Shown here piece by piece: positions 31,669 to 44,071 of a stretch of DNA of 64,000 nt. Position 1 is the first letter of the stretch. Every line of letters starts with the position of its first letter. Origin of the DNA: Blastocatellia bacterium (GTDB lineage: Bacteria; Acidobacteriota; Blastocatellia; UBA7656). Position numbers and translations under genes: made by a program. The stretch covers positions 128,001 to 192,000 of the forward strand of contig CAVXWP010000012.1 in assembly GCA_963765495.1 (NCBI GenBank). The letters are read 5' to 3'. A model generated the notes under the pieces. The model ran no database searches, was not told the origin of the DNA, and was given only the letters and a program-made list of their open reading frames with translations.

Positions 31669-33030
31669 ATGAAGCATGTGAAACGGGCGCTGAGCCTGAA
31701 CCTCGCCCTGCTCTTTTCTTTCTCGTTTGCCACAGTCGTTCGAGCGCAGGATGCCAACGTAAAGACGCATACGCTCAAGAATGGGATGAAGGTGCTCGTT
31801 CAGGAAGACCATTCCATTCCAAACGTGGCTATGTATATTTTCTATCGCATAGGCTCGCGCAACGAGCGACCCGGAACCACCGGGCTATCGCATTTCTTTG
31901 AGCACATGATGTTCAACGGCGCGAAGAAGTACGGACCCGGCGAGTTTGACCGAACCATGGAAGCCGCGGGCGGGTCCAACAACGCTTACACGAATCAAAA
32001 TGTGACCGTTTATCAGGACTGGTTTCCAAAATCGGCCCTCGATTTGATATTCGATCTCGAAGCCGACCGTATTGAAAATCTCAACTTCGATCCAAAGATG
32101 ATTTCATCCGAACGCGGCGTGGTGGCAAGCGAGCGGCGCACATCGGTTGACTCTAATAATTTCGGCATACTCGACGAGCAGTTATGGGCGACCGCCTTTA
32201 CCGCCCATCCGTATCAATGGCCGGTCGTAGGCTGGATGGTAGACATCGAAAACTGGACGATGGAAGACCTCAAGAACCACTTCCGCATGGGGTACTCACC
32301 CTCGAACGCGACCATGGTAGTGGTGGGCGATGTGAGCGCCGACGAGATATTCAAGGAGGCCGAAAAACATATCGAGCCAATCGCTTCGCACGATCCGCCG
32401 CCAAAGGTGACCACCCAGGAACCCGAACAACTCGGCGAGCGCAGGGTCAATGTCAACAAGTATGCACAGTTGCCCGTCTTGATGGTGGGCTATCACATAC
32501 CCGAGACATCAAACCCGGATTACTATCCGCTTCAGGTCTTGAAGACGATTCTGTTTTCGGGGCAAAGCTCGCGCATGTACCAGCGCCTTGTCGATAAAGA
32601 TCAGCTCGCGCTTTTTATAAACGGCGATTCCGATTTCAGTTTCGATCCTACGCTTTTCATCGTCACGGCGCAGCCGAAAGCGGGCGTCGCTACCGATGCG
32701 GTCGAGAAGGCCATCTATGAAGAGCTTGATAAAGTGAAATCCACCGGCGTCACCGATCAGGAGATCGAGAAGGCGAAAAATATTCTGCTCGCCAACTTCT
32801 ATCGCCAGATGAAGACGATAAACGGCAAGGCCAATCTGCTTGGCAGTTACGAAGTGTTCTTTGGCGATTACAAAAAGCTCTTCACCGCAGCCGACGATTA
32901 CAGCAAGGTGACAAAAGACGATGTTCGCCGCGTAGCCGAAAAGTATTTCACACAGAAGAACCGCACCGTAGCCACGCTCGTGCCCGAACAGGAAGCTGCC
33001 GGGGCGAAGGCGGAAAGCAGCAGCAAGTAG
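31669..33030 (+). CDS. M16 zinc peptidase, catalytic subunit
   Basis: HFFEH (HxxEH) motif; signal peptide. Confidence 0.94.
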   Translation: MKHVKRALSLNLALLFSFSFATVVRAQDANVKTHTLKNGMKVLVQEDHSIPNVAMYIFYRIGSRNERPGTTGLSHFFEHMMFNGAKKYGPGEFDRTMEAAGGSNNAYTNQNVTVYQDWFPKSALDLIFDLEADRIENLNFDPKMISSERGVVASERRTSVDSNNFGILDEQLWATAFTAHPYQWPVVGWMVDIENWTMEDLKNHFRMGYSPSNATMVVVGDVSADEIFKEAEKHIEPIASHDPPPKVTTQEPEQLGERRVNVNKYAQLPVLMVGYHIPETSNPDYYPLQVLKTILFSGQSSRMYQRLVDKDQLALFINGDSDFSFDPTLFIVTAQPKAGVATDAVEKAIYEELDKVKSTGVTDQEIEKAKNILLANFYRQMKTINGKANLLGSYEVFFGDYKKLFTAADDYSKVTKDDVRRVAEKYFTQKNRTVATLVPEQEAAGAKAESSSK

Positions 33031-33052
33031 AAGGATTGAAGGAGCGAGAACA

Positions 33053-34453
33053 ATGATAAAGCGATTATCCATAATGTCACTGATCGTCTTGTTGACGGTT
33101 TCGATCATACCGGCCACGAGGGCTGATGACGGTTCTTTGAAACTGCCACCCTACAAAAAGGTCAAGCTAAAAAACGGCGTGACTCTCCTCTTGATGGAAC
33201 AGCACGAAGTCCCCATCATCAGTTTCGATTTCATCGTCAAAGCGGGCTCGGTCGCGGACCCGGCAGGCAAAGAGGGGCTTGCCTCGCTTACGGCCGGACT
33301 GCTTCGCAAGGGGACGAAGACGCGCAGCGCCGACCGGCTCTCTGAGGAACTGGACTTTATCGGGGGCCAGCTCAATGCGGATTCGCAAAGCGATTTCACC
33401 GAAGGCCGCGCCGAGTTTGTAAAGAAAGACATAAACAAGGGGCTCGATCTTCTGGGAGACGTGTTGCTGAATCCGACCTTCCCCGAAGACGAAATCACAA
33501 AGATGCTCGCGCAGCGAATTGACGGCATAAAGGCCGCAAAGGATCGCGCGCAAAGCGTAATCGGCGAGTATTACGCCTCGTATCTTTACGGAAAACATCC
33601 ATACGGCCAGCCTACCGACGGCGATGAAACGTCTCTGGCCGCGATAAAGCGCGACGATGTAATGAAGTTTTATAAGGACTATTACACGCCCGCAAACACG
33701 ATCCTCGCCGTGGCCGGTGATTTCACGACTGCCGACATGGAGCGAATGCTTACCGACAAATTCGGCGCGTGGCCTGCTCACGAAAGCCCGGCGATAAAAC
33801 TGCCTGATGTCACCGAAGTGCAGGGCAAGAAACTGTTGCTGGTTGATAAGCCCGATTCCACGCAGACTTTCTTTATGATAGGAAACTTAGGGATAAATCG
33901 CACAAACCCCGATCGGGTTTACATTCAGGTGATCAATACGCTTTTTGGCGGGCGGTTCACATCCATGTTGAACTCGGCGCTTCGCATCAATTCTGGTCTG
34001 ACCTACGGCGCGAGATCAACCTTTGACGAGCGCAAGGTGGCGGGGCCGTTCACGATATTCTCTTACACTCGCAACGAGACTACCGAGAAGGCGATTGATA
34101 TGGCGCTCGATGTGCTGAAGCGGCTTCACGAAAAGGGCATCACCGAAGAGGAGTTGAAATCGGCAAAGAACTATATCAAAGGCCAGTTCCCGCCGCGCAT
34201 AGAGACCACCGATCAGCTTGCCTCGCGCATCGCGGCGCTCGAATTTTACGGACTCGATGAGAGTGACATAAACAACTTTTACGCAAAGATTGATTCGATG
34301 ACCCTGACGGATGCTCAGCGAATCATAAAGCAGTACTTTCCTGCCGACAATCTGGTCTTTGTGCTCATAGGAAAAGCGAGCGAGATACAGCCGATTGTGA
34401 AGAAGTACGCGACCAAAATGGATGCGAAATCAATAAGCGACCCGGGGTTTTGA
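33053..34453 (+). CDS. M16 peptidase partner subunit lacking HxxEH
   Basis: M16 fold motifs; LRINSGLTYG R/Y pair; signal peptide. Confidence 0.9.
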   Translation: MIKRLSIMSLIVLLTVSIIPATRADDGSLKLPPYKKVKLKNGVTLLLMEQHEVPIISFDFIVKAGSVADPAGKEGLASLTAGLLRKGTKTRSADRLSEELDFIGGQLNADSQSDFTEGRAEFVKKDINKGLDLLGDVLLNPTFPEDEITKMLAQRIDGIKAAKDRAQSVIGEYYASYLYGKHPYGQPTDGDETSLAAIKRDDVMKFYKDYYTPANTILAVAGDFTTADMERMLTDKFGAWPAHESPAIKLPDVTEVQGKKLLLVDKPDSTQTFFMIGNLGINRTNPDRVYIQVINTLFGGRFTSMLNSALRINSGLTYGARSTFDERKVAGPFTIFSYTRNETTEKAIDMALDVLKRLHEKGITEEELKSAKNYIKGQFPPRIETTDQLASRIAALEFYGLDESDINNFYAKIDSMTLTDAQRIIKQYFPADNLVFVLIGKASEIQPIVKKYATKMDAKSISDPGF

Positions 34454-34520
34454 CAGGATTAACAGGATTTTTTTAGGATTCAACAAGATTTCTTTTTCAT
34501 CTTGTTGAATCCTGTCTAAA
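34448..34520. repeat. 9-nt periodic (ACAGGATTA) fold-back element
   Basis: ttttgacaggattaacaggatt...aatcctgtctaaa; sister copy at 46677-46757. Confidence 0.85.
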
Positions 34521-34556
34521 GCCTTTTTACGCATCGATGAAGTTAAGGGAAAAATC

Positions 34557-36626
<2,070 letters not shown>

Positions 36627-36640
36627 GATCAGCGATTCGG

Positions 36641-36743
36641 AATAGGCCACGGATGCCACGGATTAGACGGATTTACGCGGATTTGGCTCTTTATGATCTA
36701 ATCCGCGTAAATCCGTCGCATCCGCGTTTATCCGTGGCCTATT
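36641..36743. repeat. 9-nt periodic fold-back element, AATAGGCC family
   Basis: aataggccacggatgccacggattagacggatttacgcggatt ... aatccgcgtaaatccgtcgcatccgcgtttatccgtggcctatt. Confidence 0.92.
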
Positions 36744-36906
36744 TATGATTACGCTACTTTGGACCTTCGTTTGTACCACTCCTGCGCATTTCGATTTAGA
36801 GCCTGACTCTCACGGTGCGAGTAACTGGTCTCCTCTCAATCACTCCTGTTATGCTGATTTTTTCGGGCCACGCCCGACAATCTCAATTTTTAGATCAGCT
36901 TTTCCT

Positions 36907-37416
36907 ATGAAGAAAGATCGTATCGTCACCGTAAATGACCTCATGCAACAGGGCTATGTTTACCTTCTGTCCGAACCTGCGGGGCGAAATTTTCATCCTG
37001 ATTTTCATCCTGAACTTACTCCGAAACAGATGCTCAGGCTCGGCGTGTTCGGTGGAAAATATATGACCGATTGCAAGGATGAGTTTCCTCCCGACTGGTT
37101 CGAGCACGCCCGATTGTGCTGTGAGCGTCACGACCCGGAATTAAATTACTTTGGCGTTAACGCTTCAAAACCTTTATCCTACTGGCGAAAGAAGGGCTGG
37201 ATTTATCACGAAGACCCTCGCGGCTGGTTTCAGTGGTATTGCCGTTATTACATGGGCCGCAGATGTCACGATGATGAGCGTCAAATAAAACGATGGCGCG
37301 CTATTCGAAGACACGTCGCGCAATTAAAGAAGAACTGCCCCGAAGGCGACATGGATTGCCGCCCTAAACAAAGACAAGCATTGCTTCACTGGGCTTACGA
37401 TTCGCGGAAGTTATAA
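36907..37416 (+). CDS. conserved hypothetical Trp/Arg-rich protein
   Basis: LTPKQML..GVFGGKY, DPRGWFQWYCRYYMGRR, RQIKRW, RQALLHWAYD look like a conserved uncharacterised family; start moved to ATG 36907. Confidence 0.8.
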   Translation: MKKDRIVTVNDLMQQGYVYLLSEPAGRNFHPDFHPELTPKQMLRLGVFGGKYMTDCKDEFPPDWFEHARLCCERHDPELNYFGVNASKPLSYWRKKGWIYHEDPRGWFQWYCRYYMGRRCHDDERQIKRWRAIRRHVAQLKKNCPEGDMDCRPKQRQALLHWAYDSRKL

Positions 37417-37501
37417 GAGAAGTTATAAGCTATAAGCAGTAACGCGGGCCTGTACGACTCGATGCGAGTCAAAAGATTAAAGCAGCCGGAACGGAAAAAT
37501 T

Positions 37502-39910
37502 ATGGCTGAAGACGAATCCTCCGAGCAACAGATCAGGAAATTGGCCGAGCATGTAAAGCGGCTTGAAAACATGCTGCGTGAACAGACCGCGCGGCTTTAC
37601 GCGCTCGAACAGCATTTCGGGCTAACCTATCGCTTCAACCAGCCCGAAGCGCCCAAACCCGCGTATCCGCCCGAATCGGTTTTAAGGCCGCCCGCGCCTC
37701 CGGTTGAAACGCCGCCTCAACCCACAATATCGGGCGAGCCTCGGACGCCTCCTCCTCCCACGGTCCACCCTCAATCGCCGCGCATTCAGCCGCCTTACGC
37801 TCAACCCCCTTTTCCTCCACCGCCGCGCCCCCAGACGCCGCCACCTTCGGGCGCGCAGGCGCGAGCGCGCGGAAGTCTTGAAAATCGCATAGGCGGTCGC
37901 CTCCTGCTCTGGATAGGCATTTTGGCCATCGCGTTTGGCGTGGCCTTTTTTCTCAAACTCGCTTTTGAAAATGAATGGATCGGCCCGACAGGACGCGTCA
38001 TGATAGGCGTGGTAATCGGGCTGGGCTTTTTGATCGGAGCCGAGCGGCTGAGAGCGCGCTACCCGGCCTATGCCTACGGGCTTACGGGCGGCGGCATCCT
38101 GATTCTTTACATGTCGTTTTTCGCCTCCTCCGCGCGGTACGAGTTGATACCGCGACCGGTGGCCTTTCTTTTGATGGCGCTTGTTACGGCGACCGCCGCG
38201 CTGCTTGCGGCCCGCTACAACGCGCTTGCGATAGCGATACTCGGGTTGATAGGCGGCTTCCTCACGCCCGTTCTGCTTTCAACAGGGGTGGATAATGAGG
38301 CGGGTCTGTTCGGCTACATCGCGTTGCTCGATCTGGGAGTGCTTGCGCTCGCTTATTCCAAACACTGGCGCAGTCTCAACTATCTGGCGTTTTCGGCTAC
38401 GGTGCTGATGTTTGCCGCGTGGATGTTTACGTGGTACGAGCCGTATAAGCTCTGGACCACATTTGGATTTCTCACGCTCTTTTTTGCGATATTCGCGTTG
38501 CTCGCCGTCCTGTATAACGTGATCAATCGACGGCCCACGGGGTGGTTCGATCTGGCACTGGTATTTCTCAACGCCCTGATCTATTTCTTCACAAGCTATG
38601 ATCTTCTCGACGACCGCTATCGCGCTTATCTGGGACTCTTTGCGGTGCTGGTCGCGGCCTTTTATCTCGCGCTCGGATACTTTGCCTACGAGCGCGACCG
38701 CCAGGATAAACTGCTGGTTTATACATTTATCGGGCTGGCAGTTCTGTTTCTGGTGCTTGCGGTGCCGATTCAATTCCATCAGCGATGGGTGACTATAGGA
38801 TGGGCGGTCGAAGGCGCGGTGATGACCTGGGTGGGCTTGCGCGCAAAGGATCAAACATCGCGTGTAGCGGCGCTTGTTGTGTTCCTTATCGGCGTTACTC
38901 ACTGGTTGCTGATAGACGTTAGCGATTACGGCTATCCTTCAAACGCGGACTTCACGCCGTTTTTGAACAGCCGCGCTCTATCGGCCGCCGTGTTGATAGT
39001 TGCGCTCGCGGCAGCCGCGTTGTTTTACAAACGATATCAATCCGAGGTCAAAGAAAAGGAGGACGCGATATTCCCATCCATCTACATACTTGCGGCAAAT
39101 CTGCTTGCCGTAACATTGCTGAGCCTGGATGTGAATGATTATTTCGAGAAGGCAATCGCGGCCTCCGCCGGTCAGTCGACGCAGGAAATCATCAGGGCGC
39201 AAATCGACAGCACGAGGCAATTCGCGCTCACTACGCTATGGATCGTCTATGCCGGGATGGCGATGTTTATAGGCTTTTTGCGCGGCCAGATGCTTGTCCG
39301 CGTGAGCGCGCTTATCCTGCTCGGGCTGGCGGCGCTGAAAGCCGTGTTGATCGATTTACAATACTATGACGCGCAGTGGCATACGCCTGTGCTCAATCAA
39401 ACCTTCGCCGTGTTTGCCTTGCTGGTTCTGGCCATAGCGACCGGAGCATGGTTTTACGATAAGGCCGAGAACGTAGGCGATGAAGAAAGAAGCGTAGCCT
39501 CGCAGTTGCTTATAGTCGCGGGCAATCTGCTTGCGGTGATCGCTTTGAGCGCCGAAGCTCTCGGCTACTACGATGTGAAGATCGCGCGCGGCGACATAAT
39601 CGCAAACAACGTTCGCGACCTCAGCCTTGCCCGTCAGCTTTCGCTTTCGGTGATCTGGGCTCTATACGCCGGAGGGATGCTGGTTACAGGAATATTGCGC
39701 GAAAAACTCGCGCTGCGAGTGATGGCGCTTTTGCTCTTTGGGCTCACTATAGCAAAAGTCTTTTTCATAGACCTCGCCTCGCTCGACCGGATCTATCGGA
39801 TCATCTCTTTCATAGTGCTTGGCGCGATACTGCTCGCGGTCTCGTTCCTCTATCAACGATTCCGGCAGCAGACCGAAGCGGCAGACGCCGCCGCCGAATC
39901 TGATGCGTAA
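37502..39910 (+). CDS. DUF2339-type predicted membrane protein
   Basis: Pro-rich N-terminus, LENRIGG, GGFLTPVLLSTG, C-terminal KVFFIDL...YRIISFIVLG. Confidence 0.88.
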   Translation: MAEDESSEQQIRKLAEHVKRLENMLREQTARLYALEQHFGLTYRFNQPEAPKPAYPPESVLRPPAPPVETPPQPTISGEPRTPPPPTVHPQSPRIQPPYAQPPFPPPPRPQTPPPSGAQARARGSLENRIGGRLLLWIGILAIAFGVAFFLKLAFENEWIGPTGRVMIGVVIGLGFLIGAERLRARYPAYAYGLTGGGILILYMSFFASSARYELIPRPVAFLLMALVTATAALLAARYNALAIAILGLIGGFLTPVLLSTGVDNEAGLFGYIALLDLGVLALAYSKHWRSLNYLAFSATVLMFAAWMFTWYEPYKLWTTFGFLTLFFAIFALLAVLYNVINRRPTGWFDLALVFLNALIYFFTSYDLLDDRYRAYLGLFAVLVAAFYLALGYFAYERDRQDKLLVYTFIGLAVLFLVLAVPIQFHQRWVTIGWAVEGAVMTWVGLRAKDQTSRVAALVVFLIGVTHWLLIDVSDYGYPSNADFTPFLNSRALSAAVLIVALAAAALFYKRYQSEVKEKEDAIFPSIYILAANLLAVTLLSLDVNDYFEKAIAASAGQSTQEIIRAQIDSTRQFALTTLWIVYAGMAMFIGFLRGQMLVRVSALILLGLAALKAVLIDLQYYDAQWHTPVLNQTFAVFALLVLAIATGAWFYDKAENVGDEERSVASQLLIVAGNLLAVIALSAEALGYYDVKIARGDIIANNVRDLSLARQLSLSVIWALYAGGMLVTGILREKLALRVMALLLFGLTIAKVFFIDLASLDRIYRIISFIVLGAILLAVSFLYQRFRQQTEAADAAAESDA

Positions 39911-40028
39911 AAGCTCAGACCGGATCAACAAGATTCACAGTATTTCTTAAATGCGGCCGTTTGTGATTGGCGCGGGTCGTATGTATCATTGGGTTACTGA
40001 AAATCAAAGCGACTACGAAGGAGCAAAG

Positions 40029-41072
40029 ATGTTTCACCGATTGAATTCTTTTCGCATGATTATTCTGATAACGATTCTGGGGTTGCTGATTATGTCTGTT
40101 CCGACAGGAATCTCTTACGGTCAGGATAGCAAATCCGACCATGTCTTCAGGCTGGTGATCCACGGCGGGGCGGGCACGATTCTAAAAAGCCACATGACAC
40201 CCGAACTTGAAAAGGCATACACAGACAAGCTGACCGAGGCTTTAAATACCGGCTACGATATCCTGAAGAAAGGCGGGACGAGCCTCGATGCCGTAGAGGC
40301 TTCGATCAGGATTCTCGAAGATTCGCCCCTGTTTAACGCGGGCAAAGGGGCCGTATTCACGGGCGAGGGGACCAACGAACTCGATTCTTCGATAATGGAC
40401 GGGCGAACGCTCAGCGCGGGCGCGGTGGCGGGCGTCAAGCACATAAAAAATCCGATAAGCCTTGCGCGACTCGTGATGGAAAAATCCCCGCACGTTATGA
40501 TGGTCGGCACCGGGGCCGAAGCTTTTGCTTCCGAGCACGGCATCCAGATGGTGGATGAAAAATACTTTTACACCGAGAAGCGGTGGAAAGAGTTGCAGCA
40601 CGAAAAGCAGATGGAAAAAGAGAAGAAACCCGAAAAGCCCGAACCGCCCGACAAGAAATTCGGAACCGTCGGTTGTGTGGCCCTCGACAAACGCGGAGAC
40701 CTCGCCGCGGGCACATCTACCGGCGGCATGACAAACAAGAAGTTCGGTCGCGTAGGCGATTCTCCGATCATCGGCGCGGGCACTTACGCTAATAATAAAA
40801 CGTGCGCCGTATCGGCTACCGGGCACGGCGAATACTTCATCCGCCTCGGCATAGCCCGCGACATCTCCGCGATGATGGAATACAAAGGCGTGTCCTTGAA
40901 GACGGCAGCCGAGGCCGTGATTATGGACAAGCTGACCGCGCTTGGCGGAACAGGCGGCGTCATAGCCATAGACAAAGACGGCAATATAGCGATGCCCTTC
41001 AACACGGACGGAATGTATCGCGCCTATATCGACGACAACGGCAAGCCTGTGGTGAAAATTTACAAGGATTGA
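40029..41072 (+). CDS. iaaA: isoaspartyl peptidase/L-asparaginase (Ntn hydrolase), exported
   Basis: IHGGAG, FNAGKG, GTVGCVA autoproteolytic Thr, GRVGDSP, TGHGE. Confidence 0.93.
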   Translation: MFHRLNSFRMIILITILGLLIMSVPTGISYGQDSKSDHVFRLVIHGGAGTILKSHMTPELEKAYTDKLTEALNTGYDILKKGGTSLDAVEASIRILEDSPLFNAGKGAVFTGEGTNELDSSIMDGRTLSAGAVAGVKHIKNPISLARLVMEKSPHVMMVGTGAEAFASEHGIQMVDEKYFYTEKRWKELQHEKQMEKEKKPEKPEPPDKKFGTVGCVALDKRGDLAAGTSTGGMTNKKFGRVGDSPIIGAGTYANNKTCAVSATGHGEYFIRLGIARDISAMMEYKGVSLKTAAEAVIMDKLTALGGTGGVIAIDKDGNIAMPFNTDGMYRAYIDDNGKPVVKIYKD

Positions 41073-41106
41073 GCATCGCCGCAAAAACCGTGACTGCCGG
41101 ATAAAT

Positions 41107-41178
41107 GCTTTGCGAGCCCGGCGTCTTAGTAAGCGACAGGTTCTCGCAAAGACGCTGAGTACGCTAGGCTCGCAAAGC
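41107..41178. repeat. fold-back element with CGCAAAG-type units
   Basis: gctttgcgagcc ... ggctcgcaaagc outer arms; internal cgcaaagacgc. Confidence 0.65.
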
Positions 41179-41220
41179 TTTTCCTGAGAATCGAATTATC
41201 CTGCTTACACACATCCTAGT

Positions 41221-42741
41221 ATGCCGACAATCTCGCCTCAAGCCGCCGCGCCGCCCATCGTGCTTGCGATTGATCTGGGAACCTCATCCGCAAGAGCCAT
41301 TCTCTTCGACGGACGGGGCCGAAAGATTCAGGGGGCCGATTCTCAAATTCACTATCGGATGGACACGACCGACGACGGGGGAGTCGAGATCGACGCCGAC
41401 CGGCTTGTCGAAATAGTTGCGCTCGCAGTTGACGGTCTTCTTACAAAAACCGAAGGTTTGAGGATCGAAGCGGTTGCGGTTTCTACGTTCTGGCACTCGC
41501 TTATGGGTGTTGACGACCGGAACAAAGCCGTGACTCCGCTCTATAGCTGGAACGATACGCGGGCATCGGTCGCCGCTCAAAAACTCAAGCTGGATATTGA
41601 TGAGAGCAGCCTTCACGCGAGGACCGGCTGCGTGCTGCACGCGAGCTACTGGCCTGCCAAGATCACGTGGCTCCGCGAGTCGGACGGAGAACTGTTCGGG
41701 CGCATAAGCCGGTGGATTTCTATAGGCGAATACTTTTACCTGTGCCTGTTCGGCCAGGCTGTTTCGAGCATCTCGATGGCTTCGGCTACGGGGCTGTTCA
41801 ACCAGAACCGATGCGATTGGGACGAAGAGACGCTTTTACACCTCGCCGTCTCTCGCGATCAATTGTCGCCCGTAGGCGATATGGATGTTCGCTTTGACAA
41901 CCTCACATCCGAATACGGCAACCGCTGGCCTGCGCTCAAAGGCGCGGAGTGGTTTTTGGCCCTGGGCGATGGAGCCTGTAACAACATAGGCGCGGGTTCG
42001 GTGACGGCAGACCGCGCCGCTTTGATGATAGGCACATCGGGCGCGCTCAGGGTCCTGTGGAAGGCCGAGGCGGTCAAGATACCTGCGGGTTTGTGGTGCT
42101 ATCGCGCCGACCGTCGAAGGTTCGTGATGGGGGGCGCGCTTTCAAACGGCGGCGATGTTTACGCGTGGATGAAAAATACGCTCAATCTTAAATCATCCGA
42201 ACTTGTCGAAGCGGAAATCGCCGCGATGAAACCGGACGCGCACGGGCTTACGCTGCTGCCGTTTCTTTCGGGCGAGCGGTCTACGGGGTGGCGCGACGAT
42301 GCGCGGGCGGCAATCACAGGGATAGGTCTTGATACTTCGCCGATTGAGTTGCTGCGAGCAGGGCTTGAATCGGTGGCGTATCGCTTCGCGGCCATCTATG
42401 ATCTGCTTGTGAAAGAGGTGGGCGAGCCGCGCGAAATCATAGGATCAGGCGCGGCGCTGTTGCGCTCGCCCGCGTGGGCGCAGATAATTAGTGATGTGAT
42501 CGGAAAACAGATTATCGCTTCGGATGAAGTCGAGACTTCGAGCCGGGGGGCGGCGCTCGAAGTGCTCGAAGCACTCGGGGCGATTTCCGACATCGAAGAA
42601 TTAGAGACCGCGCCCGGACGCCTTTATTCGCCCAATCCTGAACACCACGCGCAGTACCTGAAAGCGCGAGCGCGGCAACAGCGTCTTTATGAAGCGATCA
42701 TCGAGCAACATCCGATGTTTGGATTGAAGACAAGGATCTGA
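41221..42741 (+). CDS. gntK: FGGY-family carbohydrate kinase, gluconokinase type
   Basis: IDLGTSS, TFWHSL, SMASATGL, IGTSGALR, PFLSGERS; next to tal and zwf. Confidence 0.82.
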   Translation: MPTISPQAAAPPIVLAIDLGTSSARAILFDGRGRKIQGADSQIHYRMDTTDDGGVEIDADRLVEIVALAVDGLLTKTEGLRIEAVAVSTFWHSLMGVDDRNKAVTPLYSWNDTRASVAAQKLKLDIDESSLHARTGCVLHASYWPAKITWLRESDGELFGRISRWISIGEYFYLCLFGQAVSSISMASATGLFNQNRCDWDEETLLHLAVSRDQLSPVGDMDVRFDNLTSEYGNRWPALKGAEWFLALGDGACNNIGAGSVTADRAALMIGTSGALRVLWKAEAVKIPAGLWCYRADRRRFVMGGALSNGGDVYAWMKNTLNLKSSELVEAEIAAMKPDAHGLTLLPFLSGERSTGWRDDARAAITGIGLDTSPIELLRAGLESVAYRFAAIYDLLVKEVGEPREIIGSGAALLRSPAWAQIISDVIGKQIIASDEVETSSRGAALEVLEALGAISDIEELETAPGRLYSPNPEHHAQYLKARARQQRLYEAIIEQHPMFGLKTRI

Positions 42742-42820
42742 GCGCGGCTCGCCACAGACCGAAGCGGGAACGGGCGGTCTTGCGGCGACGGCTCAGCACT
42801 CAATTAAGGAAGGAAAAATT

Positions 42821-43996
42821 ATGGCTAATAACCCTCTTGTAGAATTGACGAAATCAGGCCAGTCCGTCTGGCACGACAGCATCTCGCGGAGCTTTATGGC
42901 ATCGGGCGAGTTAAAACGCCTGATAGACGAAGACGACCTGCGCGGGGTCACATCAAATCCGGCTATATTCGAGAAGGCCATCAGCGGCTCGGACGATTAC
43001 CTCGAACAGGTGCGCGAACTGGCCGAACAGGAAAAAAACGCTACGGAAATATATGAGGCGCTCGCCGTACAGGATATTCAGGCGGCAGCCGATGTGCTCG
43101 CGCCCGTCTATGATAAGACCGGCGGCATCGACGGCTACGTGAGCCTCGAATGTTCGCCCTTTCTCGCCCACGATACGCAGGGAACCATCGATGAGGCAAT
43201 CAGATTGTGGAAGTGGGTAGACCGCAAAAACGTGATGATCAAGATACCGGGCACGCCAGAAGGAATGCCCGCAATCGAAGAGTGCCTCTATCAGGGGCTC
43301 AACATAAACATCACGCTGCTGTTTTCGCTCGACGCCTACCGCGAAACCATCGAAGCCTATATGCGCGCGCTCGAACGCCGCGTCGGCGAAGGCAAACCTA
43401 TCGACTCGATCGCTTCGGTCGCGAGTTTCTTTGTCAGCCGCATAGACACTGCCGTGGATAAACGGCTCGAAGAAAAGCTTGCCGCTGTTTCAAGCGAAGA
43501 GGAGAAAGAGAATCTTCGCGGGCTTGAGGGCCGCATCGCCATCGCAAACGCAAAGATGGCTTATGAGGTCTTCAAGGAAGAGTTTGGTGGCGACCGTTTT
43601 CAGAAGCTCCGCGAACACGGCGCTAAGGTGCAGCGCCCGCTGTGGGCTTCTACTTCGACCAAGAACCCCGAGTACAGCGATGTCTATTATGTAGAGGCGC
43701 TGATAGGCCCGGACACGGTTGACACCCTGCCGCCTGAAACGATCAAGGCATTCCGCGATCACGGAAAAGTCGCGCGCACTCTGGATGCAAACCTCGATGA
43801 GGAGCGCGCTATACTTGCGCGGCTCGAAGCCGCCGGTATCAGTCTCGAGGATGTCACCGATCAGGTGCTTGCCGAAGGCGTGGCGAAATTTGCCGAGCCG
43901 TTTGAAAAACTCCTTAACGCCATTCGCGCTCGACGCGACGAAGTGGTCGCCGAACGCGGACGTTCCGCTCAAGGCTCAACCGGCCAGGGCGACTGA
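42821..43996 (+). CDS. tal: transaldolase
   Basis: GVTSNPAIF, MIKIPGT, NITLLFS, SFFVSRID, QRPLWAST. Confidence 0.95.
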   Translation: MANNPLVELTKSGQSVWHDSISRSFMASGELKRLIDEDDLRGVTSNPAIFEKAISGSDDYLEQVRELAEQEKNATEIYEALAVQDIQAAADVLAPVYDKTGGIDGYVSLECSPFLAHDTQGTIDEAIRLWKWVDRKNVMIKIPGTPEGMPAIEECLYQGLNINITLLFSLDAYRETIEAYMRALERRVGEGKPIDSIASVASFFVSRIDTAVDKRLEEKLAAVSSEEEKENLRGLEGRIAIANAKMAYEVFKEEFGGDRFQKLREHGAKVQRPLWASTSTKNPEYSDVYYVEALIGPDTVDTLPPETIKAFRDHGKVARTLDANLDEERAILARLEAAGISLEDVTDQVLAEGVAKFAEPFEKLLNAIRARRDEVVAERGRSAQGSTGQGD

Positions 43997-43999
43997 TTT

Positions 44000-44060
44000 A
44001 GGGATGAGGGATGAGGGATGAGGGATGAAAAGGAAGTGGGTTCATCCTTTATCCTTCCTT
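44000..44060. repeat. heptamer (AGGGATG)4 fold-back element
   Basis: agggatg x4 at 44000-44027; degenerate complement ttcatcctttatccttcctt at 44041-44060. Confidence 0.85.
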
Positions 44061-44071
44061 CAGATTTATCT

